A DNA stretch of 11,522 nt from Nitrososphaeraceae archaeon (GCA_035297365.1 DATGZA010000040.1:1-11522); one strand, 5' to 3'; numbered from the stretch's first letter, positions 1-8,014 are shown. Program-made: numbers and translations. Notes: generated by a model from the sequence alone, not told the origin.

Positions 1-75
1 GGAAAGAACCCGTATGTAGCAGAGATGTACAAGCTAGCATTGGAAGGAAAACTGTACAGCAGATCTATTCCATAG
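1..75 (+). CDS. amoC: Ammonia monooxygenase subunit C, 3' end (partial, runs off the window start)
   Basis: Frame 1 translates as GKNPYVAEMYKLALEGKLYSRSIP* (TAG 73-75). This matches the conserved archaeal AmoC C-terminus (..NPYVAEMYKxALEGKLYSRSIP) as I recall it. Not in the ORF track. Confidence 0.95.
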   Translation, partial: GKNPYVAEMYKLALEGKLYSRSIP

Positions 76-98
76 AAAATCAAGACTTCAATCCACTC

Positions 99-113
99 TT
101 TTTTTATTTTTTT
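99..113 (+). terminator. Oligo-T archaeal terminator of amoC
   Basis: T7-A-T7 tract starting 24 nt after the amoC stop codon, typical of archaeal intrinsic termination. Confidence 0.6.
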
Positions 114-226
114 GTATTTGTTGTTAGTGTTAAAGTTATTAGTTAACTCATGATGTTTTATTTTTAGTTTTCAAAATAGATCGAGGAATTGAACATTATT
201 ATTAACCAAATATAACATCTTTAAGA

Positions 227-781
227 ATGTCTTCCACAGAATCATTAAGAAAAGATCATTATTTAATTGAGAAGATGCTAAAATCATTAAATACAACAAT
301 AGAATTATTACAAGAAGGCAAAAAAATTCCGAATGAGATATTATATCAAACAATTGACTTCCTAAAAAATTTTACAAACATATGTCATCATGGAAAAGAA
401 GAGGAAACATTATTCCCCTCGCTTGAAAAAAACGGAATGGCTAGAGAAAGTGGTCCAATAGCTCGAATGTTATTTGAACATGAATTGACTATCAAACTAG
501 CGCAAAAAATAGAATCATCAATGATAGAATACATACAGAAGGACGACCCAAATAAATTGATGGAAAATATCCAAAATTATATAAACCATGTTTCTAGTCA
601 TTTGATGAAGGAAAATCTAAGACTATTCGTTATGGCAGATACTCTATTATCTGCACAATCTCACAATATAAATAATGCATTAGAAAAAATTGAAAATGAC
701 AAATTGGAAAAAATTGGAAAGCAGAGAAAATACTACGAAGGGTTGGCAAATAATATGGAATCTAAACTTAAAAATCTTTAA
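227..781 (+). CDS. Hemerythrin-like (HHE cation-binding domain) di-iron protein
   Basis: 184 aa, predicted helical. Ligand pattern H...HHxxEE...H...HxxxE is present: LRKDH, CHHGKEEETLFP, LFEH, SSHLMKENLRLF. Confidence 0.9.
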   Translation: MSSTESLRKDHYLIEKMLKSLNTTIELLQEGKKIPNEILYQTIDFLKNFTNICHHGKEEETLFPSLEKNGMARESGPIARMLFEHELTIKLAQKIESSMIEYIQKDDPNKLMENIQNYINHVSSHLMKENLRLFVMADTLLSAQSHNINNALEKIENDKLEKIGKQRKYYEGLANNMESKLKNL

Positions 782-970
782 TATTATTTTCTGGTGATTT
801 CAATTAATTATATTATCTATCGAGATAGTTGAAATATAAACATCATCAAGAATAACATCTTTTCAATAGGATTTTATAATGACATCACAAATTATGATAA
901 TATAAAAAATAGGAAAATAAATAAAAAAGATCCAGTAAATGAGATTAAACAAGAAGATATTACTCTATTC

Positions 971-1243
971 TTGAATACAATACAGCAATCAAAAGAATAC
1001 ACTAAGGTCAGAGATCTTCAAAAAATCTTGAAAGGTAATTTAAACTCCATAAAGGTAAATACAATTTTCAAGTATCTTGTCAGATCAAAGATAATAGAAG
1101 TTGATCTTGATGGAAATATAATATGGATAAAAAAAACTGAAAACAATCAAACAAGATTTTGGGAAAGGGCATCAATAAGTAAAGATTTTAAAAAATTACT
1201 TTTAGATAAAAATGAAATTCCAAGAAATGAATTTGATTCATAG
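971..1243 (+). CDS. Hypothetical protein, possibly winged-helix-like; start uncertain
   Basis: 90-aa ORF starting at TTG. The frame is open upstream to 833 with no ATG. The segment 'IFKYLVRSKIIEVDLDGNIIW' resembles a wHTH recognition helix plus wing. Confidence 0.55.
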   Translation: MNTIQQSKEYTKVRDLQKILKGNLNSIKVNTIFKYLVRSKIIEVDLDGNIIWIKKTENNQTRFWERASISKDFKKLLLDKNEIPRNEFDS

Positions 1244-1469
1244 ATACAAATTGAAACAATTAATATACTGGTATTCGTTAAAGCACATAAAATTTAAAAA
1301 TAAATACCTAGAATCATTCAATAAACGTATTAACATCACCAAAAATTAACATATATCAAAAATTAACAGAATATTTTTTATGTATATTTTACTATAAAAA
1401 TACATGATTCCCACGTTCAATTTTTCTATCAAAATTGAATAAAAATAATTTAATAGATTTTACAATCTT

Positions 1470-1895
1470 TTATTCTCCCAATATTTTGATTAATACTCTT
1501 TTTGGTCTCTGTCCATCAAACTCGCCATAGAAAATTTGTTCCCAAGGACCAAAATCTAGTTTTCCACTTGTAATTGCTACAACTACTTCACGTCCCATTA
1601 CCTGGCGTTTTAAATGTGCGTCAGCATTATCTTCTCCTGTATCATTATGCTTATATTGTTCAATTGGATTATGAGGTGCTAATTTTTCTAACCATTTTTC
1701 AAAATCATAATGAAGTCCACTTTCATTATCGTTAATGAAAACGCTAGCAGAAATATGCATTGCATTTACAAGACACAATCCTTCCTTGACTTGACTTTCT
1801 TCAACAGCTTTTCTTACTTGCGATGTAATGTTTATCAATTCCATTCTTTTTGATGTGTTCAAAGTCAAATATCTTGTAATTGATTTCATTGCCAA
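1470..1895 (-). CDS. yjbQ: YjbQ / UPF0047 family (secondary thiamine-phosphate synthase-like)
   Basis: Family motifs [26 protein letters not shown] and [19 protein letters not shown]. Confidence 0.92.
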   Translation of the reverse strand: MAMKSITRYLTLNTSKRMELINITSQVRKAVEESQVKEGLCLVNAMHISASVFINDNESGLHYDFEKWLEKLAPHNPIEQYKHNDTGEDNADAHLKRQVMGREVVVAITSGKLDFGPWEQIFYGEFDGQRPKRVLIKILGE

Positions 1896-1978
1896 TTAGA
1901 GGCTCGATTAACAGTTATAATTGTACTTTGTTTCTAATTGTATTCAAATAATTAAAATTTAGATATGAAGCTATTTGA

Positions 1979-2242
1979 TTAGAATAAAATCTCCACTACT
2001 TTCTTCCTTGAAGAGAATCCTGATAATATTTTTATTTTATTGGTAGAGATCTTGAAGTGTTCTGATAATGACTTTATTAATTCTCTATTTGCCTTTCCTA
2101 ATTCTGGTTTAGATTTTAATGAAATTTTGATCTCATTATTTTCTACATGAAAAAAATCTGAAGAGTTAAAACTAACTGTAACAAGATATTTCATTTTATA
2201 TACAGATGATAAATTATTGTTATATTTATCGATTAAATTCAT
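1979..2242 (-). CDS. DUF167 / UPF0235 (YggU-like) protein; true start probably the internal ATG at 2194 (MKYLVTV)
   Basis: Signature 'PELGKANRELIKSLSEHF...IKILSGFSSRKKVVEI'. Confidence 0.88.
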   Translation of the reverse strand: MNLIDKYNNNLSSVYKMKYLVTVSFNSSDFFHVENNEIKISLKSKPELGKANRELIKSLSEHFKISTNKIKILSGFSSRKKVVEILF

Positions 2243-2275
2243 GATAGTAATGCTTAGGAGATACTAGTATATCTT

Positions 2276-2288
2276 GAAATTTTATATA
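2276..2288 (+). promoter_or_regulatory. BRE/TATA promoter of the CPBP gene
   Basis: gaaaTTTTATATA about 30 nt upstream of ATG 2318, consistent with a leaderless or short-leader archaeal transcript. Confidence 0.5.
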
Positions 2289-2317
2289 GGTAATTAATTT
2301 CAAGGTTTATCAAGATC

Positions 2318-2938
2318 ATGCTTAACAAATTTATATATACCTTCTATCAAGATATCAATCCAAGAAATTGGACATCGATTTATCAAAATACATCGGCAGG
2401 ATACTTGACTTTGATGTTCCTTTTTTATCATGGTATAGGAATAATTGGCTTATTAATAGGAACATCTATTATAGATAATATCTTTGATTATGAAGAATCA
2501 TCTATCCCTCATTCATTGATTCCGGTTATTATGGCAGGTCCGATTGAGGAGTCACTTTTTTTTGGAATTCCATTTTATTTATTTGGTAATAATCTAGTGA
2601 CTTTGGCAGGAGGAATAATCTGGGCTATGTTACATATTATTAATACATATCCCACAGACATAAATCAATTAGCATATGCCAACTGGTTATTTGTAATACC
2701 ATCATTATTCTATAGCCTAAGAACATGGATAAGTAGAAAGGGATGGTTTGCAATAACGGCTCATTCAATATGGAATGTATTATTTTTTAGTTTAAGTTGT
2801 TATTCTGAAGATTCCATTTGCTCATTTTATATGAATAAACAAGATATAACAACAATTTTACTGGCTGGAATATTGCTAACAACTACATACCTGTTGATGA
2901 AATGGAGACAAAATAGAAAATTGTTAAAGGAAACCTAA
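2318..2938 (+). CDS. CPBP family intramembrane glutamic endopeptidase (CAAX type II / Abi-like)
   Basis: Multiple hydrophobic segments with motifs GPIEESLFF (EExxF), WAMLH and AHSIWN (HxxxN). Confidence 0.88.
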   Translation: MLNKFIYTFYQDINPRNWTSIYQNTSAGYLTLMFLFYHGIGIIGLLIGTSIIDNIFDYEESSIPHSLIPVIMAGPIEESLFFGIPFYLFGNNLVTLAGGIIWAMLHIINTYPTDINQLAYANWLFVIPSLFYSLRTWISRKGWFAITAHSIWNVLFFSLSCYSEDSICSFYMNKQDITTILLAGILLTTTYLLMKWRQNRKLLKET

Positions 2939-2983
2939 TAATTTAAAAAGAGAAAATGAGTTCAAAGAAAATATGTATAATGA

Positions 2984-3523
2984 CTAGCCATAAGAAGAAT
3001 ATTTTCTTCTTAACTTTTCTTTCATTTTAGAGGAGATCGTTTCTGATATTTTATCATGAGTATTATCGAATTGAAGTTTTTTTTCTGTAAAAACGAATGG
3101 GCCGCATAAGTAGTTTTTCCCCCTGATAGGTTTAACCGGTTCCAATGATGACAACAAAGAATGAAGACGTATATTGATGTCATTGTTTTTTACAGAATTA
3201 TTATTTTGTTCTTCTGATAGATTTTTAAGAAAATTCATAATTGTACTTGTCTCAAGACTTCTATATCCAAAATGAGATCTATTACTTATCTTCTTTTCAA
3301 GCTTTGAAGGATCGTTATCAACCTTTGCGCCCATAATCATAGGGTTTGGTTTGTACAGCGAGTCTATTTTTAATTGCCACACTTCATTGGAATTTGAGAT
3401 TAGAGCATCAAAGAAAGAATTACGAATAGGTGATGTTGAGATAATAAAATTCCAGTTTTTAGGATTAATTGTATACTGATTAAAAAGATATATGGCTAGA
3501 TCTCTTTCTTGTAAAATTTCCAT
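2984..3523 (-). CDS. Hypothetical protein
   Basis: 179-aa uninterrupted ATG ORF with TTTATATA about 25 nt upstream on the minus strand. No motif recognised. Confidence 0.8.
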   Translation of the reverse strand: MEILQERDLAIYLFNQYTINPKNWNFIISTSPIRNSFFDALISNSNEVWQLKIDSLYKPNPMIMGAKVDNDPSKLEKKISNRSHFGYRSLETSTIMNFLKNLSEEQNNNSVKNNDINIRLHSLLSSLEPVKPIRGKNYLCGPFVFTEKKLQFDNTHDKISETISSKMKEKLRRKYSSYG

Positions 3524-3607
3524 GGAACGATTGAAAAAAAAGGATATATAAACTGATATTATATCTCCAGAATAAAAATAAAGAAGGTTCTAAAATATAA
3601 TAATTTC

Positions 3608-3916
3608 CTAGACTTCTACATAAATTGTATCATTTTCTATACTTGTAGGATATGAACCAACCGATTTCAGGTTCTGTGGAAACCAGATAAGATTGCCGTT
3701 AGTCACGTCCCATTTTGAACCATGCCAGGGACATCTTAATTCTTTACCTTCTAATTCACCTTCATGTAGTTCTGCGCCCGCGTGAGTACAGATATTACCA
3801 ATTGCATAGTAAGCCCCCCCAACGTTAGCTACAAGAATCTCTTTACCTCCTGCAGTTATATGGGTCATCTTTCCTTCTGGAAGATCAGATTTTTTTCCTA
3901 CCATGAATTTTACCAT
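3608..3916 (-). CDS. Rieske [2Fe-2S] ferredoxin (soluble, NirD/dioxygenase-ferredoxin-like)
   Basis: Rieske boxes CTHAGA and CPWHGSKWD. 102 aa with no transmembrane anchor. Confidence 0.93.
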   Translation of the reverse strand: MVKFMVGKKSDLPEGKMTHITAGGKEILVANVGGAYYAIGNICTHAGAELHEGELEGKELRCPWHGSKWDVTNGNLIWFPQNLKSVGSYPTSIENDTIYVEV

Positions 3917-4101
3917 AAATCAACTATTAACTTTATCTTTATATTATTTATGCATTAAACAATACAAATTATAGTATGAAAATTTATTAAGATAGGATAG
4001 GCATCTACAAAGATTCTATTCAATTTAATTATTAATTATCGTCTAACTTTTAGATAAATAATGAGTTATTTTATATTATTATATCCAATAGTACCGATAT
4101 G

Positions 4102-4123
4102 TGCTAGATAATCTTATTTAGCA
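4102..4123. repeat. Near-perfect inverted repeat (possible operator or hairpin)
   Basis: TGCTAGATAA-tc-TTATTTAGCA, arms match at 9 of 10 positions. Confidence 0.5.
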
Positions 4124-4402
4124 TTGATGTTTTGTAGATGAAAAAGAAAATATCTATTTTGTTTGGAGTAATGATCCATTAATAAAACGAAAAATAGTAT
4201 ATTCAGACAAGTAACATCAAAATATTAAAAATAAATTTGATATATATTTAGTATCTATTTTATACAAAAAAATTATATATACATTAAATCATCCATCGGA
4301 GAAATCGCTATCACGTCTATTTTAGCATAAGGATATGTATTAGTTTTTTGATTTCATCCAATAATTCAGAAAGTCCATACCAATTAACTATACTTATCGA
4401 GA

Positions 4403-4457
4403 TTGATCTAGTTCAATACCTAAATCTATTTGATCTAGTTCAATACCTAAATCTATT
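4403..4457. repeat. Exact tandem duplication, 27-bp period (two copies)
   Basis: TTGATCTAGTTCAATACCTAAATCTAT at 4403-4429 and 4430-4456. Confidence 0.95.
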
Positions 4458-4568
4458 ACCTGACTATTACCCCTGCTTTCACTTTTTGTTTCTCTTTTCC
4501 ATCACCTTTACACTCATACAATGTTGTTTCAAATCCTATCTCCTTAATTGAGGAAATTACAGTATCAC

Positions 4569-4613
4569 CAAGTTCAAGTTTAAAAATACCAGCAAGTTCA
4601 AGTTTAAAAATAC
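4569..4613. repeat. Tandem duplication, 24-bp period (21-bp exact repeat with CAG spacer)
   Basis: CAAGTTCAAGTTTAAAAATAC at 4569-4589 and 4593-4613. It gives IFKLEL-AG-IFKLEL on the minus strand. Confidence 0.95.
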
Positions 4614-4834
4614 TTGAATCTTTAATCTTACTGTTATTTTCCCACATTTAGATCCTCCGCTCTCAGTTATTTCAAAGTGTAAAACATACTTTAGTTATTA
4701 CCATTTAAAAATTAAGAGCTGTTTTATTTCAAACTTGTTATAATTAAAATACTTTGTGCAATGCAGAACAATGTAAAAAATAAATCTCCAAGATGACAAA
4801 GTTGAAATAGAGAAAATAAATAAAAGACAATTAA

Positions 4835-5065
4835 ATGAATGAAGCATATGTTCTATTAAATGTGGATTATAAAAAACAAAAAAATCTCATTGAAGAAGTA
4901 AAAAAAATTCCTACCGTCAAAACAGTAAAAACAACATATGGAATTTATGATGTTTTAATAATTTTAGAATCGTCTGATATGCAAGAGCTGAAAAATTCAA
5001 TAGATGTGCATCTTCACGGTATTGATGGAATTAGTAATCTTACAACGTTAATCTCGGTGTCATAG
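4835..5065 (+). CDS. Stand-alone Lrp/AsnC ligand-binding (RAM) domain protein
   Basis: 76 aa with the pattern 'AYVLLNV...IPTVK...TYGIYDVLIILE...IDGISNLTTLI' and no HTH. Ends 4 nt before the next ATG. Confidence 0.88.
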   Translation: MNEAYVLLNVDYKKQKNLIEEVKKIPTVKTVKTTYGIYDVLIILESSDMQELKNSIDVHLHGIDGISNLTTLISVS

Positions 5066-5069
5066 TAAC

Positions 5070-6043
5070 ATGACTCAAGAATATGAAATAGTAGTGGTTG
5101 GAGCAGGACCTGCTGGCTTGTCTGCAGGTATTTTTGTTGCTAGACAAAGAACATCTTGTTTGATAATATCAAAAGATCTTGGAGGTCAACTTAATTTGAT
5201 CCCAAAACTTGAAAACTATCCTGGCACAATCATGTCAAGCGGACCATTGCTTGCAAGAACTCTTGAAAATCAATTTCTAACTTTTGGCGGTGAAATAACA
5301 TATGACACCGTAGAGAGAATTGATGAATTTGAAGATGGTTTAAAAATTAAAACAATACGTTCAGAATATGTAGCAAAAACAGTAGTACTAGCACCAGGAA
5401 AGGTCCCAAATAATTTAGGTTTAGACAACGAAAATAAGTTTGCAAATAAAGGAGTACATTATTGTACGAAATGTGATGGACCATTTTATCAAGAAGAGTT
5501 GCTGCAGCAGTTGGAGTAGGTGGTTATCTACTGGAATCAGGTATATTACTTTCAAGAATGGCATCTAAAGTTTATTTGATTTACAGAGGAGGAAAACTAG
5601 GAGGAGATAAAGATATGATAGCATCTATTGAAAAAAAAGAAAATGTTGAATTGGTTCCCAATACATCTATTAAATCAATCTCTGGAAATAATACCATTCA
5701 GCAGATAACTCTTCTGGATAACATGGGAGCTGAAAAAACCATCAATATAGATGGATTATTTATTGAAATGGGTTCAAAAATAAATTTGGATTTTGTGAAA
5801 CATTTGGTCAAGATTAACACAAAAGGAGAGATAGAGATAATGGACGGAGGAAAAACTGTACATCCAGCGATATTTGCTGCTGGAGATGCGACGAATATAC
5901 CATATAAACAGATTGTAGCTGCGTGCGGAGATGGAGCTGCAGCTGGTTTATCTGCATTTAACTACATAGAAAAATTGAAAGGAAGACCAGGGATCCGTTC
6001 TGATTGGAAAAAAACGATTGGAGATACCATCTTTCACTACTAA
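5070..6043 (+). pseudogene. trxB: Thioredoxin reductase-like FAD/disulfide oxidoreductase split by a 1-nt deletion near 5493 (recent inactivation or sequencing error)
   Basis: GAGPAGLSA FAD motif, ENYPG, redox-active CTKC and C-terminal FAAGDAT...QIVAACGDGAAA. Adding one base at 5493-5494 joins ORFs 5070-5519 and 5558-6043 into one 324-aa protein (..PFYQ-x-RVAAAVGVGGYLLESGILLSRMASKV..). Confidence 0.88.
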
Positions 6044-6149
6044 ATCCAAGTGAAGATGCATCAAAAACATAGAATAATATATTAATCAATTAATTTATTA
6101 TTTTCAATTTTTAATTTTGTTAACATATATAGACATAAACTCAGACTTT

Positions 6150-6173
6150 TACTCTTATTCAACAGTGAGAGTA
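6150..6173 (+). repeat. 10-bp stem-loop downstream of trxB
   Basis: TACTCTTATT-caac-AGTGAGAGTA pairs fully as RNA on the + strand using two G-U pairs. Confidence 0.4.
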
Positions 6174-6287
6174 CTACTATTAACTTAAATCAAATATTTT
6201 TAGACACTTAATTTTAGATGCATAGATATTGAATATAAAAAAAATAGAATAATTAATTAAAATAAAGTAGATATTTAAACATTAAAA

Positions 6288-6440
6288 TTATAGAGTCGAG
6301 TTTCGCTCTTTTAACTTCCTCTTACAGCTTGCTATACACCTGTCCTTTATCTCGATAACTTGGTCCACATCTAATCGATACCCCGCTTTTCCAAGATTTT
6401 ATAATTAAAGCCAGTGTTATCCTCAATTAAGGAACATATT
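6288..6440 (-). pseudogene. Possible short gene remnant, unknown family
   Basis: Island of about 41% GC (6291-6400, hand count) within very AT-rich flanks. The minus strand reads CSLIEDNTGFNYKILEKRGID, then in another frame LDVDQVIEIKDRCIASCKRKLKERNSTL*. Confidence 0.3.
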
Positions 6441-6559
6441 GATAAGGATAAAACGTTAACATATAATCCAAAAAAATAGGAATATCAACAGGAACTTGAA
6501 AACCCTAAAAAAATAAAGATAAAGCATCAGATTCCTTGCGCAAAAAGAATGATTAATTA

Positions 6560-6937
6560 TTACCCAACCATAACCCTGCCCATCATCCATGGATGTATTG
6601 AACAATGATAACCGAATGTCCCTGTAGAATCAAACTGATTATCCCATGTCATTCCAGGAGAAATCGGGCCTGAGTGAAATAGTGGTTCACCAGTTCCTCC
6701 AGCAGTTACCGTGTGTGGTATAGAATCCTCATTTGTCCATGAAACTATGCTTCCTGGCATAACATTAACTGCACGTGGCAAAAATGGCTCGAGATTGCCT
6801 TCATCAGCTGCACCCTGCGTAATTGTTACTGATTCTTGTTGCTGAGCGAGCGCAACTGTTGTTGGATTCGATAAAATCCCAGTGAATAGCATGCTTGTCA
6901 TTATTATACTCAAAGTCAAAATCTTTTTTATGTACAT
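6560..6937 (-). CDS. Secreted plastocyanin/azurin-family (type-1 copper) cupredoxin
   Basis: N-terminal signal-like segment, WTNEDSIPHTVT His ligand and C-terminal YHCSIHPWMMG (Cys-His-Met) ligand loop. Confidence 0.93.
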   Translation of the reverse strand: MYIKKILTLSIIMTSMLFTGILSNPTTVALAQQQESVTITQGAADEGNLEPFLPRAVNVMPGSIVSWTNEDSIPHTVTAGGTGEPLFHSGPISPGMTWDNQFDSTGTFGYHCSIHPWMMGRVMVG

Positions 6938-6965
6938 ATAATCTTCTTTTCTTGCTTGATCAATG

Positions 6966-6977
6966 TATAAAAATTTT
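6966..6977 (-). promoter_or_regulatory. TATA box of the cupredoxin gene
   Basis: aaaaTTTTTATA on the minus strand about 30 nt upstream of ATG 6937. Confidence 0.45.
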
Positions 6978-7999
6978 AGCTGGGTTTGCCTTAGTAATCA
7001 TGATATAGAAAATATTTAGGTCTATGAATCACAGTAATTAATTATCTTGACTATATATAGATAATAAGAACAAGAAATGGTTTCCCAAAAATAAAAAAAT
7101 ATACAGAATACAATCAGTGCTATTAACATATATTTGCTATTAGTACTAAAGAAATCAGATTAATCCATTTAAATGAAGAGACTCATTAATGGTTAAGACA
7201 TAGTGAGAGACATCGTAACCTAGATTGATTTGACGGCATAATTGTCACTTTGTTAGAGTTGTAGTAGAAAAATAAAGAAATTATTATTACTATTATCAAA
7301 AGTAGCAACAATAAATAAAATGATACAAAAAGTTAATTTTGAGTTGAGAGGTAAAATCACAATAATATTAAGTACCCAAAGTTGAAAAATGGAAACAAGA
7401 ACTGTAGAATATTAATTAACAACAATATAGAGAAACATACTGAAAACAAGATGTGAAATACTTGTAGTTTTCCGGTATTTGCTATTCTGAATATATTGAC
7501 AATTTTTTGGTGCCGAAAATTTACGGAGATAGAACATCCACAAACTGTTATGTTTAAAACTCCACAATACCTTCCTTAAGCAATATATCCTCGTCGTCTG
7601 TGTTGGATGTGACTGATCGATAAATAAAAAAAATGTATATTGGATCCGTTTAATTTTTTCATGATAAGTCAGGACTGGATTAATATGATTAAGAATTTAG
7701 ATATCCTTGATAAATATAGCATTGAGGATTGAGTTTGGTCGAAACACGCAATAAGCAACTAGAAGAAGTAAAAGAACTGTTTTTAAATCTAGAATTATAA
7801 AATTGTTTTTAGACGTGCATTTCTATATATATACTACTACTTGACAAATGATTAGTTTTCTTGTTATTGATAGATAAACGGAATTTAATGAATTCATGAC
7901 AAAGTATTCAAGTTGTATGGAAATCTGCTGATAACTAGAACAATAAATTTTAATGAGTAGCAATATCTAAGTAACTGTTGTAAGGGGTACAAAAAATAT

Positions 8000-8014
8000 G
8001 AAAAATTTTATAAA
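8000..8014 (+). promoter_or_regulatory. BRE/TATA promoter of the P-II-like gene
   Basis: gaaaaaTTTTATAAA about 40 nt upstream of ATG 8052. Confidence 0.45.

Larger units (their letters stand above)
4273..4704 (-). pseudogene. Decayed paralogue of the P-II-like gene at 8052-8438
   Basis: Minus-strand fragments in different frames align collinearly with the intact gene. MVITKV/VLHFEITES vs MTDKKVVLPFEIEKS. DTVISSIKEIGFETTLYECKGDGKEKQKVKAG vs DEIISGIESLKLEATLYDSRGYGQSKQKIRSG. LSELLDEIKKL vs LEELVQKLKHI. KIDVIAISPMDDLMYI* vs KIGVISIQPVDTLLHL*. Confidence 0.88.

Noticed and set aside
171-353. 60-aa minus-strand ORF
   Set aside because: Antisense shadow of the hemerythrin gene with no motif.
2261-2270. 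Perfect palindrome ATACTAGTAT between divergent genes
   Set aside because: A 10-bp AT-rich palindrome is expected by chance in 11.5 kb, and I noticed no second copy.
4348-4551. 67-aa plus-strand ORF containing repeated DLVQYLNL
   Set aside because: Antisense to the P-II-like pseudogene. The peptide repeat just reflects the 27-bp duplication.
4403-4613. Short direct repeats as a possible mini-CRISPR array
   Set aside because: The two repeat pairs are unrelated, are adjacent without spacer-length inserts, and no cas genes are present.
5477-5519. Programmed -1 ribosomal frameshift in trxB
   Set aside because: No slippery heptamer or obvious stimulatory structure. A single-base deletion explains it.
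4541-6435. 14-bp inverted match TCCTTAATTGAGGA (4541) and TCCTCAATTAAGGA (about 6420) as possible element ends
   Set aside because: Short, AT-rich and near-palindromic. One copy lies inside former coding sequence, and there is no transposase between them or evident target duplication.
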